Assembly: GCF_009914755.1 (NCBI RefSeq)
Contig: NC_060934.1
Reading direction: 5' to 3' (one strand)
Length of the DNA: 64,000 nt
Source of the DNA: the human T2T-CHM13v2.0 reference genome, Homo sapiens
Positions 1-11,000 of this stretch are shown one piece after another (the stretch's first letter is position 1; each line of letters starts with the position of its first letter). The notes under the pieces were generated by a model that was not told the DNA's origin, did not search any database, and was given only the letters and a program-made list of their open reading frames with translations. The position numbers were made by a program, and so were the translations under genes.

Positions 1-58
1 AGTTTGGAAACACTCTATTTGTAAAGTCTGCAAGTGGATATTTGGACCTCTTTGAGGC

Positions 59-75
59 CTTCGTTGGAAACGGGA
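59..75 (+). other. CENP-B box (CTTCGTTGGAAACGGGA); first of ~189 box sites
   Basis: Exact canonical 17-bp box. Further copies at 399, 739, 1078, 1416, 1756 and onward, with 338-340 bp spacing. The total is computed from unit structure, not from a scan. Confidence 0.98.
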
Positions 76-227
76 TTTCTTCATACAACGCTAGACAGAA
101 GAATTCTCAGTAACTTCTTTGTGTTGTGTGTATTCAACTCACAGAGTTGAACCTTTCTTTAGAGAGAGCAGAGTTGAAACACTCTGTTTTTGGAATTTGC
201 AACTGCAGATTTCAAGCGATTCTAGGC

Positions 228-244
228 CTATGGCAGAAAAGGAA
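228..244 (+). other. A-type monomer pJalpha-like box (CTATGGCAGAAAAGGAA)
   Basis: Lies 169 bp after the CENP-B box, at the homologous monomer position. Matches 15/17 to the pJalpha consensus CTAYGGTGRAAAAGGAA as I recall it. The other A monomers are more diverged. Confidence 0.65.
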
Positions 245-291
245 ATATCTTCGTATAAAAACTACACAGAATCATTCTCAACAACTACTTT

Positions 292-1648
292 GTGATGTGT
301 GCGTTCAACTCACAGAGTTTAACCTTTCTTTTCATAGAGCAGTTTGGAAACACTCTGTTTGTAAAGCCTGCAAGTGCTTTTTTGGACTTCATTGAGGCCT
401 TCGTTGGAAACGGGATTTCTTCATATAATGCTAGACAGAAGAATTCTCAGTCACTTCTTTGTGTTGTGTGTATTCAAGTCACAGAGTTGAACCTTCCTTT
501 AGACAGAGCAGTTTTGAAAAATTCTTTCTGTGTAATTTGCAAGTGGAGATTTCAAGCGATTTGAGGCTAATCTTTGAAATGGAAATATCTTCGTGTAAAA
601 ACTACACAGAATCATTCTCAGAAACTGCTTTGTCATCTGTGCGTTCAGTTCACAGAGTTTCACCTTTCTCTTCATAGAGCAGTTTGGAAAGACTCTGTCT
701 GTAAAGTCTGCAAGTGATTAGTTAGACCCCTTTGAGGCCTTCGTTGGAAGCGGGATTTCTCATTTACTGCTAGACAGAAGAATTCTCAGTAAATCCTTTG
801 TGTTGTGTGTATTCAACTCACAGAGTGGAACCTTCCTTTATTCAGAGCACTTTTGAAACACTCTTTTTGTGGAATTTGCAAGTGGAGATTTCAAGCGATT
901 TGACGCCAATCTTAGACATGGAAATGTCTTCATATTAAAAGTACACAGAGTCATTCGTAGAAACTAGTTTGTGATGTGTGCCTTCAACTCACAGAGTTTA
1001 ACCTTTCTTTTCATAGAGCAGTTGGGAAACACTCTATTTGTAAAGTCTGCAAGTGGATATTTGGACCTCTTTGAGGCCTTCGTTGGAAACGGGATTTCTT
1101 CATATAACGCTAGACAGAAGAATTCTCAGTAACTTCTTTGTGTTGTGTGTATTCAACTCACAGAGTTGAACCTTTCTTTAGAGGGAGCAGAGGTGAAACA
1201 CTCTTTTTGTGGAATTTGCTAGTGTAGATTTCAAACGCTTCGAAGACAGTGATAGAAAAGGATATATCTTCGTATTAAAAGTAGACAAAATCATTCTCAG
1301 AAAACTCTTTGTGATGTGTGTGTTCAACTCACAGAGTTTAACCTTTCTTTAATCGAGCAGTTTGGAAATACACTCTTTGTAAGTCTGCAGGTGGATATTT
1401 GGCCCTCTTTGAGCCCTTCGTTGGAAACGGGATTTCCTCATATAATGCTAGACAGAAGAATTCTCAGTAACTTCTTTGTGTTGTTTGTATTCAACACACA
1501 GATTTGAACCTTCCTTTAGAGAGAGCAGATTTGAAACACTCTGTTTTTGGAATTTGCAAGTGCAGATTTCAAGCGCTTCTAGGCCTATGGCAGAAAAGGA
1601 AATATCTTCGTATAAAAACTACACAGAATCATTCTCAACAACTACTTT
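292..1648 (+). repeat. Representative 8-monomer HOR unit (1357 bp); 22 copies
   Basis: Phase set at the recurring 90-aa ORF start. Copies start at 292, 2668, 5044, 8439, 10815, 14210, 19643, 23038, 26433, 28809, 31185, 33561, 37975, 42389, 45784, 48160, 50536, 52912, 55288, 57664, 60040 and 62414. Each carries the private dimer GAGGGAGCAGAGGTG...GCTAGTGTAG...CTTCGAAGACAGTGATAG...TTAATCGAGC and 4 CENP-B box sites. Confidence 0.96.
739..755 (+). other. CENP-B box variant CTTCGTTGGAAGCGGGA, one per HOR unit
   Basis: A12>G lies outside the essential core NTTCGNNNNANNCGGGN. Present at the same monomer in both 6-mers and 8-mers. Confidence 0.95.
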
Positions 1649-2667
1649 GTGATGTGTGCGTTCAACTCACAGAGTTTAACCTTTCTTTTCATAGAGCAGT
1701 TTGGAAACACTCTGTTTGTAAAGCCTGCAAGTGCTTTTTTGGACTTCATTGAGGCCTTCGTTGGAAACGGGATTTCTTCATATAATGCTAGACAGAAGAA
1801 TTCTCAGTCACTTCTTTGTGTTGTGTGTATTCAAGTCACAGAGTTGAGCCTTCCTTTAGACAGAGCAGTTTTGAAAAATTCTTTCTGTGGAGTTTGCAAG
1901 TGGAGATTTCAAGCGATTTGAGGCTAATCTTTGAAATGGAAATATCTTCGTGTAAAAACTACACAGAATCATTCTCAGAAACTGCTTTGTCATCTGTGCG
2001 TTCAGTTCACAGAGTTTCACCTTTCTCTTCATAGAGCAGTTTGGAAAGACTCTGTCTGTAAAGTCTGCAAGTGATTAGTTAGACCCCTTTGAGGCCTTCG
2101 TTGGAAGCGGGATTTCTCATTTACTGCTAGACAGAAGAATTCTCAGTAAATCCTTTGTGTTGTGTGTATTCAACTCACAGAGTGGAACCTTCCTTTATTC
2201 AGAGCAGTTTTGAAAAACACTTTTTGTGGAATTTGCAAGTGGAGATTTCAAGCGATTTGACGCCAATCTTAGACATGGAAATATCTTCATATTAAAAGTA
2301 CACAGAGTCATTCGTAGAAACTAGTTTGTGATGTGTGCCTTCAACTCACAGAGTTTAACCTTTCTTTTCATAGAGCAGTTTGGAAACACTCTATTTGTAA
2401 AGTCTGCAAGTGGATATTTGGACCTCTTTGAGGCCTTCGTTGGAAACGGGATTTCTTCATACAACGCTAGACAGAAGAATTCTCAGTAACTTCTTTGTGT
2501 TGTGTGTATTCAACTCACAGAGTTGAACCTTTCTTTAGAGAGAGCAGAGTTGAAACACTCTGTTTTTGGAATTTGCAACTGCAGATTTCAAGCCATTCTA
2601 GGCCTATGGCAGAAAAGGAAATATCTTCGTATAAAAACTACACAGAATCATTCTCAACAACTACTTT
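1649..2667 (+). repeat. Representative 6-monomer HOR unit (1019 bp); 33 copies
   Basis: 1019 bp spacing (1017 in the copy at 61397), lacks the 338 bp 8-mer-specific dimer, and has 3 CENP-B boxes. 22x1357 + 33x1019 - 2 = 63479, which equals the span 292-63770. Confidence 0.96.
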
Positions 2668-5043
2668 GTGATGTGTGCGTTCAACTCACAGAGTTTAACC
2701 TTTCTTTTCATAGAGCAGTTTGGAAACACTCTGTTTGTAAAGCCTGCAAGTGCTTTTTTGGACTTCATTGAGGCCTTCGTTGGAAACGGGATTTCTTCAT
2801 ATAATGCTAGACAGAAGAATTCTCAGTCACTTCTTTGTGTTGTGTGTATTCAAGTCACAGAGTTGAACCTTCCTTTAGACAGAGCAGTTTTGAAAAATTC
2901 TTTCTGTGTAATTTGCAAGTGGAGATTTCAAGCGATTTGAGGCTAATCTTTGAAATGGAAATATCTTCGTGTAAAAACTACACAGAATCATTCTCAGAAA
3001 CTGCTTTGTCATCTGTGCGTTCAGTTCACAGAGTTTCACCTTTCTCTTCATAGAGCAGTTTGGAAAGACTCTGTCTGTAAAGTCTGCAAGTGATTAGTTA
3101 GACGGCTTTGAGGCCTTCGTTGGAAGCGGGATTTCTCATTTACTGCTAGACAGAAGAATTCTCAGTAAATCCTTTGTGTTGTGTGTATTCAACTCACAGA
3201 GTGGAACCTTCCTTTATTCAGAGCAGTTTTGAAACACTCTTTTTGTGGAATTTGCAAGTGGAGATTTCAAGCGATTTGACGCCAATCTTAGACATGGAAA
3301 TATCTTCATATTAAAAGTACACAGAGTCATTCGTAGAAACTAGTTTGTGATGTGTGCCTTCAACTCACAGAGTTTAACCTTTCTTTTCATAGAGCAGTTG
3401 GGAAACACTCTATTTGTAAAGTCTGCAAGTGGATATTTGGACCTCTTTGAGGCCTTCGTTGGAAACGGGATTTCTTCATATAACGCTAGACAGAAGAATT
3501 CTCAGTAACTTCTTTGTGTTGTGTGTATTCAACTCACAGAGTTGAACCTTTCTTTAGAGGGAGCAGAGGTGAAACACTCTTTTTGTGGAATTTGCTAGTG
3601 TAGATTTCAAACGCTTCGAAGACAGTGATAGAAAAGGATATATCTTCGTATTAAAAGTAGACAAAATCATTCTCAGAAAACTCTTTGTGATGTGTGTGTT
3701 CAACTCACAGAGTTTAACCTTTCTTTAATCGAGCAGTTTGGAAATACACTCTTTGTAAGTCTGCAGGTGGATATTTGGCCCTCTTTGAGCCCTTCGTTGG
3801 AAACGGGATTTCCTCATATAATGCTAGACAGAAGAATTCTCAGTAACTTCTTTGTGTTGTTTGTATTCAACACACAGATTTGAACCTTCCTTTAGAGAGA
3901 GCAGATTTGAAACACTCTGTTTTTGGAATTTGCAAGTGCAGATTTCAAGCGCTTCTAGGCCTATGGCAGAAAAGGAAATATCTTCGTATAAAAACTACAC
4001 AGAATCATTCTCAACAACTACTTTGTGATGTGTGCGTTCAACTCACAGAGTTTAACCTTTCTTTTCATAGAGCAGTTTGGAAACACTCTGTTTGTAAAGC
4101 CTGCAAGTGCTTTTTTGGACTTCATTGAGGCCTTCGTTGGAAACGGGATTTCTTCATATAATGCTAGACAGAAGAATTCTCAGTCACTTCTTTGTGTTGT
4201 GTGTATTCAAGTCACAGAGTTGAGCCTTCCTTTAGACAGAGCAGTTTTGAAAAATTCTTTCTGTGGAGTTTGCAAGTGGAGATTTCAAGCGATTTGAGGC
4301 TAATCTTTGAAATGGAAATATCTTCGTGTAAAAACTACACAGAATCATTCTCAGAAACTGCTTTGTCATCTGTGCGTTCAGTTCACAGAGTTTCACCTTT
4401 CTCTTCATAGAGCAGTTTGGAAAGACTCTGTCTGTAAAGTCTGCAAGTGATTAGTTAGACCCCTTTGAGGCCTTCGTTGGAAGCGGGATTTCTCATTTAC
4501 TGCTAGACAGAAGAATTCTCAGTAAATCCTTTGTGTTGTGTGTATTCAACTCACAGAGTGGAACCTTCCTTTATTCAGAGCAGTTTTGAAAAACACTTTT
4601 TGTGGAATTTGCAAGTGGAGATTTCAAGCGATTTGACGCCAATCTTAGACATGGAAATATCTTCATATTAAAAGTACACAGAGTCATTCGTAGAAACTAG
4701 TTTGTGATGTGTGCCTTCAACTCACAGAGTTTAACCTTTCTTTTCATAGAGCAGTTTGGAAACACTCTATTTGTAAAGTCTGCAAGTGGATATTTGGACC
4801 TCTTTGAGGCCTTCGTTGGAAACGGGATTTCTTCATACAACGCTAGACAGAAGAATTCTCAGTAACTTCTTTGTGTTGTGTGTATTCAACTCACAGAGTT
4901 GAACCTTTCTTTAGAGAGAGCAGAGTTGAAACACTCTGTTTTTGGAATTTGCAACTGCAGATTTCAAGCGATTCTAGGCCTATGGCAGAAAAGGAAATAT
5001 CTTCGTATAAAAAGTACACAGAATCATTCTCAACAACTACTTT

Positions 5044-8000
5044 GTGATGTGTGCGTTCAACTCACAGAGTTTAACCTTTCTTTTCATAGAGCAGTTTGGA
5101 AACACTCTGTTTGTAAAGCCTGCAAGTGCTTTTTTGGACTTCATTGAGGCCTTCGTTGGAAACGGGATTTCTTCATATAATGCTAGACAGAAGAATTCTC
5201 AGTCACTTCTTTGTGTTGTGTGTATTCAAGTCACAGAGTTGAACCTTCCTTTAGACAGAGCAGTTTTGAAAAATTCTTTCTGTGTAATTTGCAAGTGGAG
5301 ATTTCAAGCGATTTGAGGCTAATCTTTGAAATGGAAATATCTTCGTGTAAAAACTACACAGAATCATTCTCAGAAACTGCTTTGTCATCTGTGCGTTCAG
5401 TTCACAGAGTTTCACCTTTCTCTTCATAGAGCAGTTTGGAAAGACTCTGTCTGTAAAGTCTGCAAGTGATTAGTTAGACCCCTTTGAGGCCTTCGTTGGA
5501 AGCGGGATTTCTCATTTACTGCTAGACAGAAGAATTCTCAGTAAATCCTTTGTGTTGTGTGTATTCAACTCACAGAGTGGAACCTTCCTTTATTCAGAGC
5601 AGTTTTGAAACACTCTTTTTGTGGAATTTGCAAGTGGAGATTTCAAGCGATTTGACGCCAATCTTAGACATGGAAATATCTTCATATTAAAAGTACACAG
5701 AGTCATTCGTAGAAACTAGTTTGTGATGTGTGCCTTCAACTCACAGAGTTTAACCTTTCTTTTCATAGAGCAGTTGGGAAACACTCTATTTGTAAAGTCT
5801 GCAAGTGGATATTTGGACCTCTTTGAGGCCTTCGTTGGAAACGGGATTTCTTCATATAACGCTAGACAGAAGAATTCTCAGTAACTTCTTTGTGTTGTGT
5901 GTATTCAACTCACAGAGTTGAACCTTTCTTTAGAGGGAGCAGAGGTGAAACACTCTTTTTGTGGAATTTGCTAGTGTAGATTTCAAACGCTTCGAAGACA
6001 GTGATAGAAAAGGATATATCTTCGTATTAAAAGTAGACAAAATCATTCTCAGAAAACTCTTTGTGATGTGTGTGTTCAACTCACAGAGTTTAACCTTTCT
6101 TTAATCGAGCAGTTTGGAAATTCACTCTTTGTAAGTCTGCAGGTGGATATTTGGCCCTCTTTGAGCCCTTCGTTGGAAACGGGATTTCCTCATATAATGC
6201 TAGACAGAAGAATTCTCAGTAACTTCTTTGTGTTGTTTGTATTCAACACACAGATTTGAACCTTCCTTTAGAGAGAGCAGATTTGAAACACTCTGTTTTT
6301 GGAATTTGCAAGTGCAGATTTCAAGCGCTTCTAGGCCTATGGCAGAAAAGGAAATATCTTCGTATAAAAACTACACAGAATCATTCTCAACAACTACTTT
6401 GTGATGTGTGCGTTCAACTCACAGAGTTTAACCTTTCTTTTCATAGAGCAGTTTGGAAACACTCTGTTTGTAAAGCCTGCAAGTGCTTTTTTGGACTTCA
6501 TTGAGGCCTTCGTTGGAAACGGGATTTCTTCATATAATGCTAGACAGAAGAATTCTCAGTCACTTCTTTGTGTTGTGTGTATTCAAGTCACAGAGTTGAA
6601 CCTTCCTTTAGACAGAGCAGTTTTGAAAAATTCTTTCTGTGGAGTTTGCAAGTGGAGATTTCAAGCGATTTGAGGCTAATCTTTGAAATGGAAATATCTT
6701 CGTGTAAAAACTACACAGAATCATTCTCAGAAACTGCTTTGTCATCTGTGCGTTCAGTTCACAGAGTTTCACCTTTCTCTTCATAGAGCAGTTTGGAAAG
6801 ACTCTGTCTGTAAAGTCTGCAAGTGATTAGTTAGACCCCTTTGAGGCCTTCGTTGGAAGCGGGATTTCTCATTTACTGCTAGACAGAAGAATTCTCAGTA
6901 AATCCTTTGTGTTGTGTGTATTCAACTCACAGAGTGGAACCTTCCTTTATTCAGAGCAGTTTTGAAAAACACTTTTTGTGGAATTTGCAAGTGGAGATTT
7001 CAAGCGATTTGACGCCAATCTTAGACATGGAAATATCTTCATATTAAAAGTACACAGAGTCATTCGTAGAAACTAGTTTGTGATGTGTGCCTTCAACTCA
7101 CAGAGTTTAACCTTTCTTTTCATAGAGCAGTTTGGAAACACTCTATTTGTAAAGTCTGCAAGTGGATATTTGGACCTCTTTGAGGCCTTCGTTGGAAACG
7201 GGATTTCTTCATACAACGCTAGACAGAAGAATTCTCAGTAACTTCTTTGTGTTGTGTGTATTCAACTCACAGAGTTGAACCTTTCTTTAGAGAGAGCAGA
7301 GTTGAAACACTCTGTTTTTGGAATTTGCAACTGCAGATTTCAAGCGATTCTAGGCCTATGGCAGAAAAGGAAATATCTTCGTATAAAAACTACACAGAAT
7401 CATTCTCAACAACTACTTTGTGATGTGTGCGTTCAACTCACAGAGTTTAACCTTTCTTTTCATAGAGCAGTTTGGAAACACTCTGTTTGTAAAGCCTGCA
7501 AGTGCTTTTTTGGACTTCATTGAGGCCTTCGTTGGAAACGGGATTTCTTCATATAATGCTAGACAGAAGAATTCTCAGTCACTTCTTTGTGTTGTGTGTA
7601 TTCAAGTCACAGAGTTGAACCTTCCTTTAGACAGAGCAGTTTTGAAAAATTCTTTCTGTGGAGTTTGCAAGTGGAGATTTCAAGCGATTTGAGGCTAATC
7701 TTTGAAATGGAAATATCTTCGTGTAAAAACTACACAGAATCATTCTCAGAAACTGCTTTGTCATCTGTGCGTTCAGTTCACAGAGTTTCACCTTTCTCTT
7801 CATAGAGCAGTTTGGAAAGACTCTGTCTGTAAAGTCTGCAAGTGATTAGTTAGACCCCTTTGAGGCCTTCGTTGGAAGCGGGATTTCTCATTTACTGCTA
7901 GACAGAAGAATTCTCAGTAAATCCTTTGTGTTGTGTGTATTCAACTCACAGAGTGGAACCTTCCTTTATTCAGAGCAGTTTTGAAAAACACTTTTTGTGG

Positions 8001-11000
8001 AATTTGCAAGTGGAGATTTCAAGCGATTTGACGCCAATCTTAGACATGGAAATATCTTCATATTAAAAGTACACAGAGTCATTCGTAGAAACTAGTTTGT
8101 GATGTGTGCCTTCAACTCACAGAGTTTAACCTTTCTTTTCATAGAGCAGTTTGGAAACACTCTATTTGTAAAGTCTGCAAGTGGATATTTGGACCTCTTT
8201 GAGGCCTTCGTTGGAAACGGGATTTCTTCATACAACGCTAGACAGAAGAATTCTCAGTAACTTCTTTGTGTTGTGTGTATTCAACTCACAGAGTTGAACC
8301 TTTCTTTAGAGAGAGCAGAGTTGAAACACTCTGTTTTTGGAATTTGCAACTGCAGATTTCAAGCCATTCTAGGCCTATGGCAGAAAAGGAAATATCTTCG
8401 TATAAAAACTACACAGAATCATTCTCAACAACTACTTTGTGATGTGTGCGTTCAACTCACAGAGTTTAACCTTTCTTTTCATAGAGCAGTTTGGAAACAC
8501 TCTGTTTGTAAAGCCTGCAAGTGCTTTTTTGGACTTCATTGAGGCCTTCGTTGGAAACGGGATTTCTTCATATAATGCTAGACAGAAGAATTCTCAGTCA
8601 CTTCTTTGTGTTGTGTGTATTCAAGTCACAGAGTTGAACCTTCCTTTAGACAGAGCAGTTTTGAAAAATTCTTTCTGTGTAATTTGCAAGTGGAGATTTC
8701 AAGCGATTTGAGGCTAATCTTTGAAATGGAAATATCTTCGTGTAAAAACTACACAGAATCATTCTCAGAAACTGCTTTGTCATCTGTGCGTTCAGTTCAC
8801 AGAGTTTCACCTTTCTCTTCATAGAGCAGTTTGGAAAGACTCTGTCTGTAAAGTCTGCAAGTGATTAGTTAGACGGCTTTGAGGCCTTCGTTGGAAGCGG
8901 GATTTCTCATTTACTGCTAGACAGAAGAATTCTCAGTAAATCCTTTGTGTTGTGTGTATTCAACTCACAGAGTGGAACCTTCCTTTATTCAGAGCAGTTT
9001 TGAAACACTCTTTTTGTGGAATTTGCAAGTGGAGATTTCAAGCGATTTGACGCCAATCTTAGTCATGGAAATATCTTCATATTAAAAGTACACAGAGTCA
9101 TTCGTAGAAACTAGTTTGTGATGTGTGCCTTCAACTCACAGAGTTTAACCTTTCTTTTCATAGAGCAGTTGGGAAACACTCTATTTGTAAAGTCTGCAAG
9201 TGGATATTTGGACCTCTTTGAGGCCTTCGTTGGAAACGGGATTTCTTCATATAACGCTAGACAGAAGAATTCTCAGTAACTTCTTTGTGTTGTGTGTATT
9301 CAACTCACAGAGTTGAACCTTTCTTTAGAGGGAGCAGAGGTGAAACACTCTTTTTGTGGAATTTGCTAGTGTAGATTTCAAACGCTTCGAAGACAGTGAT
9401 AGAAAAGGATATATCTTCGTATTAAAAATAGACAAAATCATTCTCAGAAAACTCTTTGTGATGTGTGTGTTCAACTCACAGAGTTTAACCTTTCTTTAAT
9501 CGAGCAGTTTGGAAATACACTCTTTGTAAGTCTGCAGGTGGATATTTGGCCCTCTTTGAGCCCTTCGTTGGAAACGGGATTTCCTCATATAATGCTAGAC
9601 AGAAGAATTCTCAGTAACTTCTTTGTGTTGTTTGTATTCAACACACAGATTTGAACCTTCCTTTAGAGAGAGCAGATTTGAAACACTCTGTTTTTGGAAT
9701 TTGCAAGTGCAGATTTCAAGCGCTTCTAGGCCTATGGCAGAAAAGGAAATATCTTCGTATAAAAACTACACAGAATCATTCTCAACAACTACTTTGTGAT
9801 GTGTGCGTTCAACTCACAGAGTTTAACCTTTCTTTTCATAGAGCAGTTTGGAAACACTCTGTTTGTAAAGCCTGCAAGTGCTTTTTTGGACTTCATTGAG
9901 GCCTTCGTTGGAAACGGGATTTCTTCATATAATGCTAGACAGAAGAATTCTCAGTCACTTCTTTGTGTTGTGTGTATTCAAGTCACAGAGTTGAGCCTTC
10001 CTTTAGACAGAGCAGTTTTGAAAAATTCTTTCTGTGGAGTTTGCAAGTGGAGATTTCAAGCGATTTGAGGCTAATCTTTGAAATGGAAATATCTTCGTGT
10101 AAAAACTACACAGAATCATTCTCAGAAACTGCTTTGTCATCTGTGCGTTCAGTTCACAGAGTTTCACCTTTCTCTTCATAGAGCAGTTTGGAAAGACTCT
10201 GTCTGTAAAGTCTGCAAGTGATTAGTTAGACCCCTTTGAGGCCTTCGTTGGAAGCGGGATTTCTCATTTACTGCTAGACAGAAGAATTCTCAGTAAATCC
10301 TTTGTGTTGTGTGTATTCAACTCACAGAGTGGAACCTTCCTTTATTCAGAGCAGTTTTGAAAAACACTTTTTGTGGAATTTGCAAGTGGAGATTTCAAGC
10401 GATTTGACGCCAATCTTAGACATGGAAATATCTTCATATTAAAAGTACACAGAGTCATTCGTAGAAACTAGTTTGTGATGTGTGCCTTCAACTCACAGAG
10501 TTTAACCTTTCTTTTCATAGAGCAGTTTGGAAACACTCTATTTGTAAAGTCTGCAAGTGGATATTTGGACCTCTTTGAGGCCTTCGTTGGAAACGGGATT
10601 TCTTCATACAACGCTAGACAGAAGAATTCTCAGTAACTTCTTTGTGTTGTGTGTATTCAACTCACAGAGTTGAACCTTTCTTTAGAGAGAGCAGAGTTGA
10701 AACACTCTGTTTTTGGAATTTGCAACTGCAGATTTCAAGCGATTCTAGGCCTATGGCAGAAAAGGAAATATCTTCGTATAAAAACTACACAGAATCATTC
10801 TCAACAACTACTTTGTGATGTGTGCGTTCAACTCACAGAGTTTAACCTTTCTTTTCATAGAGCAGTTTGGAAACACTCTGTTTGTAAAGCCTGCAAGTGC
10901 TTTTTTGGACTTCATTGAGGCCTTCGTTGGAAACGGGATTTCTTCATATAATGCTAGACAGAAGAATTCTCAGTCACTTCTTTGTGTTGTGTGTATTCAA

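Larger units (their letters stand above)
292..2667 (+). repeat. 14-monomer composite HOR (8+6; 2376 bp)
   Basis: Exact 2376 bp period at 292/2668/5044, at 26433-33560 and at 45784-60040. Confidence 0.93.

Noticed and set aside
1180-1520. 338 bp segment present in only some units, a possible inserted element
   Set aside because: It is an ordinary alpha satellite A/B dimer with its own CENP-B box. It has no TSD, terminal repeats or poly(A).
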